DNA from: a virus
Taxonomy: Duplodnaviria; Caudoviricetes
Reading direction: 5' to 3' (one strand)
Length of the DNA stretch: 46,491 nucleotides
IMG/VR virus record: IMGVR_UViG_3300015370_000023
Span: 1 to 46,491 of that record
Shown here piece after piece: positions 17,081 through 26,745 of the stretch. The position numbers were made by a program, and so were the translations under genes. How positions within the stretch are numbered: the stretch's first letter is position 1; every line of letters starts with the position of its first letter. The notes below the pieces were generated by a model that ran no database searches, was not told the origin of the DNA, and saw nothing but the letters and a program-made list of their open reading frames with translations.

Positions 17081-18913
17081 ATGCCAACTTCTCCTAGACC
17101 ATATAAAAACCAAAGTACAAAAGATAAAAATAGTCAAAGTATCTTTAAAAAACAAAAATCTTTTATTACCCAAGAGGTTTTGGAGGAAGAGCGAAAAGAG
17201 CGATTAAAAAAATGGATTACTTTTTTTAGAAGAAACCCCCATAGATTTATTATGGATTATTTTGGAATTCATTTACATATTTATCAAATATTGATGGTAT
17301 GGGTTCTTCAAAGAAGTAATTTGGCTTATATTGTTGCCAGTCGTGCTTCTGCTAAAACTTGGATTATAGCTGTTTGGTCTTGTGCTTTAGCTGTTTTGTA
17401 TCCAGGTATAAAAATAATTGTTTGTGCTAAAACGTTGAAACAAGGTGGAATTATAATTTCTGAAAAGATTATGCAACTCAGAAAAGAACACGCTAATCTT
17501 GAAAGAGAAATTGAAAGCATAACAGCTAATCCAAATAATTATAGTTGTGTTTTTCATAATGGATCAACAATAATAGTTGTTCCTAGTTCGGAATCAGCCA
17601 GAGGTAATCGTGCCAATTACATTATTGTAGAAGAAAGTCGTTTAGTTCCAAAAGATATTTTAGAGGGAGTTATTAAACCATTTTTAGAAACACGTAATCC
17701 TCCTTATAAAAATAATCCTAAATATGCTAATGATCAAAGACTTCAAGAAGAAGGAACTATATCATATATTACATCTTCTTGGTACACAATGGAATATTGG
17801 TACACTTATGTTCAAACATGTATAAAAAGAATGAATTCTGGTGATGAAACAGCGAACTTTTTAGCGTTTGACTATTTAATTTCATTACATCATGGTATTA
17901 AAACAAAAGCCATGCTTAAGAATGAAATGGAAGATGCTGATCCTTTAACGGTTCAAATGGAGTATCTAAATATTCCAAGTGGATCTAGTGGAAAAAGTTA
18001 TTTCAAATCAACTTTATTTAAAAGAAACATAAAACAGGCTTTTTATCCTCAAAAAGAAGATAATTTTAATACTAAAAAAAATCCCTATGGATTGCCAAAA
18101 ACAACAGGAGAAATAAGGTTTGTAAGTTGTGATATTGCTACAAGAGCAAATAAAGCAAATGACAATTCTATTATCGAGTGTGTTAGGGCTTTACCTTTAA
18201 TTGGGGTTGGATATCGAAGACAACTTGTTTATGCAGAATCACATAAAGGATCTCATGCCGGAGAACAGGCTAAAAGATTAAAAAGAGTATTTTATGATTT
18301 TGAAGCTGATTATTTAGTTTTAGATGTTCAATCAGCAGGTATTGGAATCTTCGATTTTCTTAGTGAAGAAACTATTGATGAAGAAAGAGGAGTTGTTTAT
18401 CCGGCAATGACAGTTGTTGATGAATATTTTGGTATTATAAAACAAGATGCCAGAGAAGATCTTAGGAAAAATCACACTAGAGGGTTAGAAGCAAAACCAA
18501 TTATATTTCCAATTACCGCTAGTCAGGCAATGAATAGTGATATTGCTGTTTCTTTTAGATCTTTACTTCAAAGAAGAATGTGGGAATTTTTAATTCCTGA
18601 ATCTGAAGGTGAAGAATATTTATTGAAAAAGAATAAAGAATTTCTTTCTGATCCAGACGATTCGTATCTTAGAGGATTTTTCTTAAATCCGTATGTTCAA
18701 ACAGGATTACTAATTGGTGAATGTATTAATTTAGATATGAAACCTGTTAATGGATTAATTAAATTGGTTGAAAAACCAGGTTCATATAAAGATAGATATT
18801 CTACAATATCTTATGTAAACTATGTCATAGCAAAAGAATTTGATATTGAATTAGTTAAACAAAAAGAAGATAAAGATGATTTAGAGGCTATGGTTGCACT
18901 TAGTTATTGGTAA
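17081..18913 (+). CDS. terL: Terminase large subunit
   Basis: Walker A ASRASAKT, ARGNRANYIIVEES (variant Walker B), YITSS coupling motif, nuclease acidic residues CDIA, DNS, LDVQ, KDRY. Confidence 0.92.
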   Translation: MPTSPRPYKNQSTKDKNSQSIFKKQKSFITQEVLEEERKERLKKWITFFRRNPHRFIMDYFGIHLHIYQILMVWVLQRSNLAYIVASRASAKTWIIAVWSCALAVLYPGIKIIVCAKTLKQGGIIISEKIMQLRKEHANLEREIESITANPNNYSCVFHNGSTIIVVPSSESARGNRANYIIVEESRLVPKDILEGVIKPFLETRNPPYKNNPKYANDQRLQEEGTISYITSSWYTMEYWYTYVQTCIKRMNSGDETANFLAFDYLISLHHGIKTKAMLKNEMEDADPLTVQMEYLNIPSGSSGKSYFKSTLFKRNIKQAFYPQKEDNFNTKKNPYGLPKTTGEIRFVSCDIATRANKANDNSIIECVRALPLIGVGYRRQLVYAESHKGSHAGEQAKRLKRVFYDFEADYLVLDVQSAGIGIFDFLSEETIDEERGVVYPAMTVVDEYFGIIKQDAREDLRKNHTRGLEAKPIIFPITASQAMNSDIAVSFRSLLQRRMWEFLIPESEGEEYLLKKNKEFLSDPDDSYLRGFFLNPYVQTGLLIGECINLDMKPVNGLIKLVEKPGSYKDRYSTISYVNYVIAKEFDIELVKQKEDKDDLEAMVALSYW

Positions 18914-18939
18914 AATAATACTAAAAGAAAGGAGAGTGC

Positions 18940-20529
18940 ATGACTGAAGAAAATAAAAATGATGAAATTCTTCTTTCTAAAGAAGAGGTTTTTGATGTAA
19001 TAAAATTTGCGCAAACAATGTATAATACAAGTTATAATTTATTGACTCCTGATTTATTGAATCAAAGAATAAAAGAAATTTCATTCAATCCTCTTTCTCC
19101 AACTGAGAGAAACATTACAGATGCATTAGGTAATGCAAAAAATTCAGAAGAACAATTAAGAGATTATATTGAATTTTTTGAAATATTATCTATGCCTTTG
19201 AAAAGAATATTTTCATATATGGCAAGTCATTTAGCTTTTGACTTACAATATACTGTAAAAAATTCAATGAAAGATAAAGAATATGAAAGTAGTAGTTATA
19301 CAAAAGATAAAGAAGTTCTATATGAATATTTTGATAAATTTGATTATAGATCATTTTTTAGAAATATTTCGAAGCAATTGTTAAGAAATGAAATGTGTGT
19401 CGTTACTCCAAGAGAAAATAAAGACACAATTGTTTTACAAGAACTTCCTTTACAATATTGTAAAATTACAGCTAAAGGAAGTAGAGCGCCTTTAATATCT
19501 TTTAATTTTTATTATTTTATTCAACCTGGAGTTGATATAAATTTATATCCAGATTTCTTTAAAAAGAAATATGCCGAATTATTTGGTGGTAAAACAAATG
19601 TTCAAATATATAATCCATCTCTTCCACCTGAGTTAAGAGGAAATTCAGAATATAATTTTTGGGTTGATTTACCTCCAACAGAAGGTTGGGTATTTAAATT
19701 AGACACATCTTTAATGACTGCTATTCCATATTTTTCTGCTATGTTGCCTTTGCTTATAAACGATCAAACTATGATTGCTTTACAAAAAAACATTAATATG
19801 GCTGCTGCTTCAAAAATATTGTTTGGTGAAGTTCCAATGAGAAAAGATGATAAAGGTGCTTCTGTTGCAGATATGGCAGCATTAAGTCCTGTTCAATTAG
19901 GACAATTTATGGCTTTGGCTAAATCTGCTGTTGGAGAGGCTATTAAAGTTTCTGCTGCTCCATTAGAAAATATGCAAGCATTTTCTTTTGAAGGTGATAC
20001 AGATGTTCTAAGTAAATGGATTCAGACTTCTATGTCTATGTCTGGAATGGATACGGCATTAATTTATTCAATGCAAACAAAAGCAAATTTAGTGGATTCT
20101 CAATTATCATTTGAATCTGATTCTAAGATAATGGAACAACAATTATATCCTCAATTTGCTGCATTTCTTAATTATTGGGTAAATTTAAGAACAAGTAAAT
20201 ATAAATATAGATTTAGACTAGAAGGTAATGATTATTATTTAAATAGAACTCAAAGATATGATAGAGCTATGGGAATGGCAGATAAAGGAATAGTTCTTCC
20301 ACAGTTGATTTCTAGTGCTATAGGATTATTACCGCAAGAGTTGGAAAGAATGCTTCAAGAGGCTAGAGGAAGTGGCTTTGTCGATAAACTTACTCCGATT
20401 ATTTCTGGTTTTCAAATGAGTGGAAAAGATGCTGAAGGTGGCAGACCAAAATCATCGGATAGTGAATTGGGAGAAGCTGGTGCTCAAACAAGAGAAACTG
20501 GCTCAAATGAGGCAAAAAAATTAAAATGA
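18940..20529 (+). CDS. Portal protein (YonE-like)
   Basis: 529 aa directly after the terminase; LQELPLQYCKI and C-terminal GGRPK motifs. Confidence 0.8.
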   Translation: MTEENKNDEILLSKEEVFDVIKFAQTMYNTSYNLLTPDLLNQRIKEISFNPLSPTERNITDALGNAKNSEEQLRDYIEFFEILSMPLKRIFSYMASHLAFDLQYTVKNSMKDKEYESSSYTKDKEVLYEYFDKFDYRSFFRNISKQLLRNEMCVVTPRENKDTIVLQELPLQYCKITAKGSRAPLISFNFYYFIQPGVDINLYPDFFKKKYAELFGGKTNVQIYNPSLPPELRGNSEYNFWVDLPPTEGWVFKLDTSLMTAIPYFSAMLPLLINDQTMIALQKNINMAAASKILFGEVPMRKDDKGASVADMAALSPVQLGQFMALAKSAVGEAIKVSAAPLENMQAFSFEGDTDVLSKWIQTSMSMSGMDTALIYSMQTKANLVDSQLSFESDSKIMEQQLYPQFAAFLNYWVNLRTSKYKYRFRLEGNDYYLNRTQRYDRAMGMADKGIVLPQLISSAIGLLPQELERMLQEARGSGFVDKLTPIISGFQMSGKDAEGGRPKSSDSELGEAGAQTRETGSNEAKKLK

Positions 20530-20613
20530 AAATATAACGAATGCCTTTTCGAACAAGGTATTTGGCTTCCGTATTTTCAATATACAGACAATAAATGGAG
20601 GAAATAAATTATT

Positions 20614-20946
20614 ATGATTACTGCAACACAAAAATCAAAATTAAATAAAATGAATCGTGCTTCTCAGGACGTAAGTTTAGGAACATTAGTTCAGGGATTT
20701 CAGGGTTCATCTGCAACAACTGTTTCTGCTGGTCAAGCAAGTGCTTCATCTGTAGCAATTGATACTGGATTAGATTCTGTTACCGGATATGTTTTTCAAC
20801 AATTTCGTTCATCGGGTTCTTTAGTTATTCCTACAAGTGGATCACAGTATTATGTTAAAAATGCTTCAGGAACAGTTACAATTTCAAGTCCTGCTGCTGG
20901 TGTAATTCAAACAGGAGATATTATCAATCTTGTCACTTTCCAATAA
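20614..20946 (+). CDS. Small S/G/T-rich head-associated protein
   Basis: GGAGG RBS; 110 aa, beta-rich, in the head operon. Confidence 0.7.
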   Translation: MITATQKSKLNKMNRASQDVSLGTLVQGFQGSSATTVSAGQASASSVAIDTGLDSVTGYVFQQFRSSGSLVIPTSGSQYYVKNASGTVTISSPAAGVIQTGDIINLVTFQ

Positions 20947-20989
20947 AATATGTCTTTTATTTAATTTTTTAGAAAGGAGGTAGACTAGA

Positions 20990-21481
20990 ATGGGGATAAA
21001 ATTAATTAGTGACAATTTGATTGATTCTTTATTGGCACAATGGGCGCATGAAAAATATAACTCACATTTGTATTTATATATATCTTCTTTCTTGAAAAAT
21101 AAGGGATTAAACCATTTGGGGAGTAAGTTTTATGATCAATATAAGGAAGAAAACGAACATTCTGAAATGATTATAAGTTTATTAACTGATCTAAACGCAA
21201 TGGTAATGCTTCCTGAAATTGATGAAGTAAACTTTCCAATTAGTTCCATTTTAGATATTGCTGAAAAATACTTGTTAAAAGAATATGAAACCACTACAAG
21301 TTTGGATGAAATTAAAAAATTATCAATAGATGAATCAAATCCAGTTGTAGAAGAGTTTATGAGAGAAATGATTGCACTTCAAAGACATGAGTATGAAGAA
21401 GCAAATGACTTTATGGACAAATCTGAATTAACGGGAAACAATTGGTTTAATGTATTCCTTTGGGATTTGGGAGAAAAATAA
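20990..21481 (+). CDS. ftn: Ferritin (non-heme type)
   Basis: QWAHEKYNSHLY, KEENEH, KEYETT, LQRHEYEE match the ferroxidase-centre pattern; 163 aa. Confidence 0.88.
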   Translation: MGIKLISDNLIDSLLAQWAHEKYNSHLYLYISSFLKNKGLNHLGSKFYDQYKEENEHSEMIISLLTDLNAMVMLPEIDEVNFPISSILDIAEKYLLKEYETTTSLDEIKKLSIDESNPVVEEFMREMIALQRHEYEEANDFMDKSELTGNNWFNVFLWDLGEK

Positions 21482-21681
21482 TGTATATTATTAATCCTAC
21501 TCAAGAACAATTAAATTCGTGGTTTTCCTGTAATAAAAAAATGGGCGAATATTTAATTTATAAATTAGGCGCAGTTTTAATTCATAAAAATAAAGATAAA
21601 TATTATTTTGTTAATAATTATTCATTAAAAGAAAAATTAAAACAAGTTCCCTTTTATTTAAAAATATTGAATTCTATATGA
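21481..21681 (+). CDS. Small hypothetical protein
   Basis: TAATG overlap with the ferritin stop; 66 aa. Confidence 0.65.
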   Translation: MYIINPTQEQLNSWFSCNKKMGEYLIYKLGAVLIHKNKDKYYFVNNYSLKEKLKQVPFYLKILNSI

Positions 21682-21727
21682 AGATTGAGAAGAGATTTTA
21701 TAAGTCCTTCTGGAAAGGAGGAAAAAT

Positions 21728-23557
21728 GTGAGTGTTAATAAGCATCTGTTGTTTGATATTGAAAATGCAGAAGTAGTAGAAGAAAATGAATCTTCTCAAT
21801 TTGCAACTATAAAAATTTTTGCTTTTAATACTGGTTGGAATAGACATGATTTATATTGTTCATTAGAAACATTAAAAAACACTGCTTCATCAATATATGA
21901 TAAGCCTGTAATCTATTCTTTTTCTAAATTATTTCGTGATTTTGATTCTCATACCGATCCTGATAAATCTTTTATTGCTGGCTTTGTAGTTAGAGATTCT
22001 ACGGAATTTGTTGAATTGGAAGATGGAAGAACTTCATTGTCTGTTTTAGCTAAGATATGGAAAATGTATGCTCCTCAATTTATGCAATTATTAAAAGAAT
22101 CAGAAAATCATGAAAAAAAAGTTTCCGTTGAAATGGAATTAAAAGATTATGCTGAGATGGAAAATGGAGAAGAAATGCTCGATTTTGAGTATTCTGCTGT
22201 TTGCGTATTAGGTGATCTCATTACTGAAGCTAGTCCTGGTGCTCATTTAGAGGTTCTTAGTTTTGCAAAAAAAGAATATGAAAAAGCATTGCATTTAGAG
22301 TTTTCAAGAATGTATGACGAAATTGACTTTTCCATTCCAGAAGAAGTAAAAAACAATGCTCAAAAAGGTCTTAGTCTTCGTAAGCAATATAATCGTGGTG
22401 GAACTTCTGTTGGGTTGGCAACTGCCAGATACTTGATAAAAAATAAAAGTGCAACTCCAGAAAAAATAAGACAAATAGCAAAATACTTTCCAAGACATTC
22501 TAAAGATAATCTTAATGATAAAACATCTAATGGATGGATTGCCTGGATGCTTTGGGGTGGAAATTCAGGAAGAACATGGTCTATTGACATTGTTGAAAAA
22601 ATGAATGAAATAGATGAAAGAGAAATGGCTTATTTTTCTGATATTGAAAATTTTGAGAAGGTTACTTTTCCCTATAAGAACAAGTCGGAAATGAATCCCG
22701 CCCTAAAAGGGATAAATCCCCCTATTTCCGTATCTCAAGCAAATGAAATAGCAAAACAGGCTGAAACAATTGGTTCAGATGATAAAAAAAATGGTTGGGC
22801 TATAGCTATTTCAAACTTTAAAAAAACTCATAGAGTTGAAGATGGGAAATGGGTAAGAAAGGAGAAATCAAAAAATATGGAAGAAGAAAAAAAAGACTTT
22901 GAAAAAGAACCCGAAGAAGAAGGCAAAGAAAAAATGGCTGAAAAACCAGAAGAAAAAAGCAAAGAAGAAGAAATGGCTGAGAAAAAAGAAAATGAAGAAT
23001 CTGAAAATGAAAAAGTAGAAGATGAAGAAACTTCTGAATCAGAAGACATGTCTTTGGATGCCAATTTAGATGTTAAAGCTATTTTAGCTTTTCTTCAAGA
23101 AGAAACAGAAGATTATAAATCTTTAGCTGCTGAATTTTCAGATGAAAAAGAAACCAAGAATTTTTCAAAAATGACTCATTATATGTTTGAAAAAATGAAA
23201 AAAATGGCAGAACAACTAAAGAATAAAGAATCTGAAGCAAGTTCTTATATGGCTGAAAATGAAGAGTTGAAGAAATATAAGAAAGAAAAAGAAGATGAAC
23301 AATTTAATTTTTCCGTTGATTCTATTTTAAAGAAGATTGAAGAAAAAACTGAAATTCCAAAAGATGAGTTGAGTTCTTTAAAAGAAAAATCTAAAGAATT
23401 TAGTTTAGAAAATATTTCCGTTTGGGAAAATTTAGCAAAAGCTAGAGCGTTAGATTTTGCAATTAAAAAGGATTCAAAGAAAGAGGAAGAAGAACCTCGT
23501 TATGCTTGGGATTCGGCAAATAACAATAAACCAGTTACCACAAGTTTCTGGAAATAA
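21728..23557 (+). CDS. Prohead protease/scaffold (YonD-like) with inserted domains including a ChaB-like domain
   Basis: NRHDLY, KKVSVEM, AVCVLG...EASPGA protease-like N-terminus; E/K-rich coiled-coil C-terminus; lies between portal and capsid genes. Confidence 0.78.
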   Translation: MSVNKHLLFDIENAEVVEENESSQFATIKIFAFNTGWNRHDLYCSLETLKNTASSIYDKPVIYSFSKLFRDFDSHTDPDKSFIAGFVVRDSTEFVELEDGRTSLSVLAKIWKMYAPQFMQLLKESENHEKKVSVEMELKDYAEMENGEEMLDFEYSAVCVLGDLITEASPGAHLEVLSFAKKEYEKALHLEFSRMYDEIDFSIPEEVKNNAQKGLSLRKQYNRGGTSVGLATARYLIKNKSATPEKIRQIAKYFPRHSKDNLNDKTSNGWIAWMLWGGNSGRTWSIDIVEKMNEIDEREMAYFSDIENFEKVTFPYKNKSEMNPALKGINPPISVSQANEIAKQAETIGSDDKKNGWAIAISNFKKTHRVEDGKWVRKEKSKNMEEEKKDFEKEPEEEGKEKMAEKPEEKSKEEEMAEKKENEESENEKVEDEETSESEDMSLDANLDVKAILAFLQEETEDYKSLAAEFSDEKETKNFSKMTHYMFEKMKKMAEQLKNKESEASSYMAENEELKKYKKEKEDEQFNFSVDSILKKIEEKTEIPKDELSSLKEKSKEFSLENISVWENLAKARALDFAIKKDSKKEEEEPRYAWDSANNNKPVTTSFWK

Positions 23558-23570
23558 TAGGAGGTAAAAT

Positions 23571-24113
23571 ATGGCATATGCAGTTATTGAATTAAATCAA
23601 GTTGCAGCTACTGATGTGGGAATTTATAATCGAACAGCAACGAGTGGTAGCAATTTGGAACAAGGTACTTTAATTCGTTTAGATACTCTTTCAAGTGGAT
23701 CTGGACAGAATGAGGTGTTTACCGCAACTCAAATTGCAACTGGCAGTTTGGTTGATGTGTGGATGGTCAATGGACAGATAATTCCTTTCTTGGCTTCCGC
23801 AGATGGAGAAATTTTTAATCAGGGTTCTGAAGATCCACGTAATTTTTACAATCCTGCAAATCGTGTATTCGATGCTTTTAAGCCCGTACCAGGCGATATT
23901 GTAACATTAAGTGAAGATTGTTTTACTGGTGCAAAATCCACTAACACTCATGCTAATGCTACGACTGGCACTTGGCAGTTGGTTTGGGGGGCGGTACATG
24001 CTCCTGATGCTTTATGCTTTAAATACTTAGCTACAAAATGGATCTCTATTGGTAATCCTGCTGTTGCAAGTGGCAGAGTTACAGCCTATCGAATGCAGTG
24101 TCTCGCTAACTAA
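23571..24113 (+). CDS. Capsid accessory/decoration protein (YonC-like)
   Basis: AGGAGG RBS; between scaffold and major capsid genes. Confidence 0.65.
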   Translation: MAYAVIELNQVAATDVGIYNRTATSGSNLEQGTLIRLDTLSSGSGQNEVFTATQIATGSLVDVWMVNGQIIPFLASADGEIFNQGSEDPRNFYNPANRVFDAFKPVPGDIVTLSEDCFTGAKSTNTHANATTGTWQLVWGAVHAPDALCFKYLATKWISIGNPAVASGRVTAYRMQCLAN

Positions 24114-24166
24114 TGTTGGGCTTTCCGCATTATATAGTAAATAAAAAAAAATAAGGAGGAAATGAT

Positions 24167-25282
24167 ATGCAAATTCCGAATAATATTGTTCATTTCGCTG
24201 TTGGGAATCCCACATTATATAATAAGATGATCCCTGACTGGTGGAATCACTACAAGTCTTTACAGGACAAAACTCGAAACTATGAGTTCGCCAAATCGAA
24301 CGACAAAGGTGAATTAATTACTTTTGAGGAAAAAGAAAAACAAATTACTGATGCAATTATTAAAGAAGCAATGAAACGAACCAACGTTCCTTATCTTGCA
24401 GAAGCTCCGGCTGATCAAATCTTTAATCATCAGGGTTTGCGTAATGAAATCTTTGCTGTTGTGGCAAGTATTGTTGATATGATTATTCCACAGACTCTAA
24501 TTGATTCTATTAGTTTATATTCCGATGTTCGTACTATTGGATTTGGTGATAATGCTCAATTTGATGTTGAATCTAATGATCTGTTTTCTGTTTCTCAAAT
24601 TGGTCGTGGTCAGAGAAATTCTTTTGCCTACAAACAATTTATGGGAACAAAAACTGTAACTCCAGTAAATCACGCATTAACTGTTTATGCTGATTTATAT
24701 CGTGTGTTAGCTGGAAAAGAATCACTTGCCAAATTGGTTACAAAAGTTATTCGTTCTATGGAAACCGCTATGCGGAATGATGTGTACGATGCTTTTGCTG
24801 CTATGGCTGCTGCTTTACCAACTACAGCTACAACTGGTTTACAGGTTGCTGGATACTCACAAGATTCATTGATGCGCTTATGTGAACAGGTTACTGCTTG
24901 GAATAACGGTAATAAAGCAATGATTGTTGGTACTGCACGTGCATTAGTAAATGTTTTACCAAATGACGCTAATTATCGTTACACTTTAGATGATCCTTAT
25001 ATGACTCTTGGTCATGTTCGAACCGCTTTTGGTTATGATGTAATGGAACTTCCACAAGTTGCCAATCATGATACCGAATGGGCTTTGAAAATTGATACAG
25101 ATCGTCTTTGGATTTTATCTCCTGCTTCTCAGAAATTTGTTAAATTAGTGTTAGAGGGTTCAACCCTTTCTATTACTGATTCTGTTTATGAGAACCGTAA
25201 TTTAATTCAACGTGCAACTATGCATAAGTCTTGGGGTTCAGCCGTCTGTAGCAACGCAATTGCAGGAGTATTAACACTATAA
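24167..25282 (+). CDS. Major capsid protein (YonB-like)
   Basis: 371 aa, strong RBS, DVRTIGFGDNAQF and IVGTARAL motifs, followed by a strong hairpin. Confidence 0.85.
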   Translation: MQIPNNIVHFAVGNPTLYNKMIPDWWNHYKSLQDKTRNYEFAKSNDKGELITFEEKEKQITDAIIKEAMKRTNVPYLAEAPADQIFNHQGLRNEIFAVVASIVDMIIPQTLIDSISLYSDVRTIGFGDNAQFDVESNDLFSVSQIGRGQRNSFAYKQFMGTKTVTPVNHALTVYADLYRVLAGKESLAKLVTKVIRSMETAMRNDVYDAFAAMAAALPTTATTGLQVAGYSQDSLMRLCEQVTAWNNGNKAMIVGTARALVNVLPNDANYRYTLDDPYMTLGHVRTAFGYDVMELPQVANHDTEWALKIDTDRLWILSPASQKFVKLVLEGSTLSITDSVYENRNLIQRATMHKSWGSAVCSNAIAGVLTL

Positions 25283-25320
25283 AGATAAACTTTGTCTGAA
25301 TTGTAATGGACAAATAGTAT

Positions 25321-25347
25321 GGAGAGGGATTATTACAATCCCTCTCC
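25321..25347 (+). terminator. Hairpin after the capsid gene (no U-tract)
   Basis: GGAGAGGGATT-ATTAC-AATCCCTCTCC. Confidence 0.55.
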
Positions 25348-25400
25348 TACAAAAAACTAAGAAAAAATTAATTATATAATATAAAAAAGGAGTTTTTGCA

Positions 25401-26153
25401 ATGGCAACAAGAGGAAGACCTCCAAAAGATAAATCGCAAAATGCGGAAAATAAAAGTTTAACTGAAAATTCTCAGGTAAAATCTACAGAAGAAGAAACTA
25501 TAGTTATTAAAAAAACAGAACTAGAAAATATTTATAAAATGATTGAAGATCTTCAAAATAATATAAAAAATAATTCTAATTTAGTAGCTAAAAAAAATTC
25601 TGAAGATGACATAGAGGAAAATTATGTTTACGAAGAAGAGGAAGAAGTTCCTTTGAATTCTTATATAAAAGTAATGTCTTTAATTCCATATGAATTAAAT
25701 ATAAGTACAGAAAGACACGGAAAAGGAAGGATATTTACTTTTAGAGGATATGGTAAAACAAAGAGAATCATTTATCAAGAGTTAGAAAAAATAATTGAAG
25801 AAAATAGACATTTTCTTGAAAGAGGATTTTTCGTTATTTTAGACAAGAGGGTTGTTAGAAAACATGGTCTGGACGATATTTATAAAAATATTATGAATAA
25901 AGAAAAGATGGATATGATACTTTTGGGGTTTCAAGGTGGTGATGTAAAAGAAAATGATATTTTAACTTTTGCAAAATCAGCACCAAAAGAACAGCAAAAA
26001 ATTCTAGCAACCATGATTATTGATAAAAGAATTAATGGTGAAGAAATAGATTTAAATTTATTTGATAAGTTAGGCAGAATAATGAATATGGATTTGAATC
26101 AAAAATATGAAGATTCTGTTGCATTTTTAGAAATTACAAAAAATAAAGTGTAG
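25401..26153 (+). CDS. Hypothetical protein (YonA-like position), N-terminal AT-hook-like motif
   Basis: MATRGRPPK; AAGGAG RBS. Confidence 0.75.
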   Translation: MATRGRPPKDKSQNAENKSLTENSQVKSTEEETIVIKKTELENIYKMIEDLQNNIKNNSNLVAKKNSEDDIEENYVYEEEEEVPLNSYIKVMSLIPYELNISTERHGKGRIFTFRGYGKTKRIIYQELEKIIEENRHFLERGFFVILDKRVVRKHGLDDIYKNIMNKEKMDMILLGFQGGDVKENDILTFAKSAPKEQQKILATMIIDKRINGEEIDLNLFDKLGRIMNMDLNQKYEDSVAFLEITKNKV

Positions 26154-26176
26154 TAATAAATATTAAATTTTTATAT

Positions 26177-26201
26177 ATAGCCTCTTTATTAGAGGCTATT
26201 T
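26177..26201 (+). terminator. Terminator-like hairpin
   Basis: ATAGCCTCT-TTATT-AGAGGCTAT followed by Ts. Confidence 0.55.
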
Positions 26202-26273
26202 ACTTAGAAAATATATTGAATTGACGAAATTGTCATTTTCAATTTAAAAATAAAATTTTTGAAAGGAGGTTTT

Positions 26274-26735
26274 ATGGGAACTTCTGCTGAAGATGTTTTT
26301 GATTTGTTTTTAAGTTTAAATGAAGATTATAGAATAGCAACAGTTTATAATTCTTCTGGAAGTTCAGCCTTAAATACTTATTTAGAGCCTTGGCTACTCT
26401 TTTCAATAGATATGTTTGATGTTTGCGATCAGTCTTTAGAATATTCTACAACTACTCAAAGTTTTACCGTAGATTTATCTCAAAAAAATAAAAATTTATT
26501 AGCTGAGATAATGATATTGTTTTGGCTACAAAAAACTGTTCAAGATGTTTTGCAGATGAATAATTTTATACAAGATAGAGATTTTAAGATTCATTCAAAC
26601 GCACAAAACTTGAGAGAAAAACAATTATTATATAATAATAAAAGATCTGAAATTAGTCAAAAATTAATGAATTATAAATTAAAAGATGCGGATATGTGGA
26701 ATGCCTGGTTTGACCAGGATTTTTCAGCATATTAG
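26274..26735 (+). CDS. Putative head-tail adaptor (YomZ-like)
   Basis: ATG at 26274 after AGGAGG; LAEIMILFWL and DRDFKIHSNAQNL motifs; position. Confidence 0.65.
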   Translation: MGTSAEDVFDLFLSLNEDYRIATVYNSSGSSALNTYLEPWLLFSIDMFDVCDQSLEYSTTTQSFTVDLSQKNKNLLAEIMILFWLQKTVQDVLQMNNFIQDRDFKIHSNAQNLREKQLLYNNKRSEISQKLMNYKLKDADMWNAWFDQDFSAY

Positions 26736-26745
26736 GAGAATGCCT

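Noticed and set aside
17081-18913. Inactive terminase because Walker B reads VEES rather than DE
   Set aside because: All other ATPase and nuclease motifs are intact and the catalytic Glu is retained; likely a natural variant.
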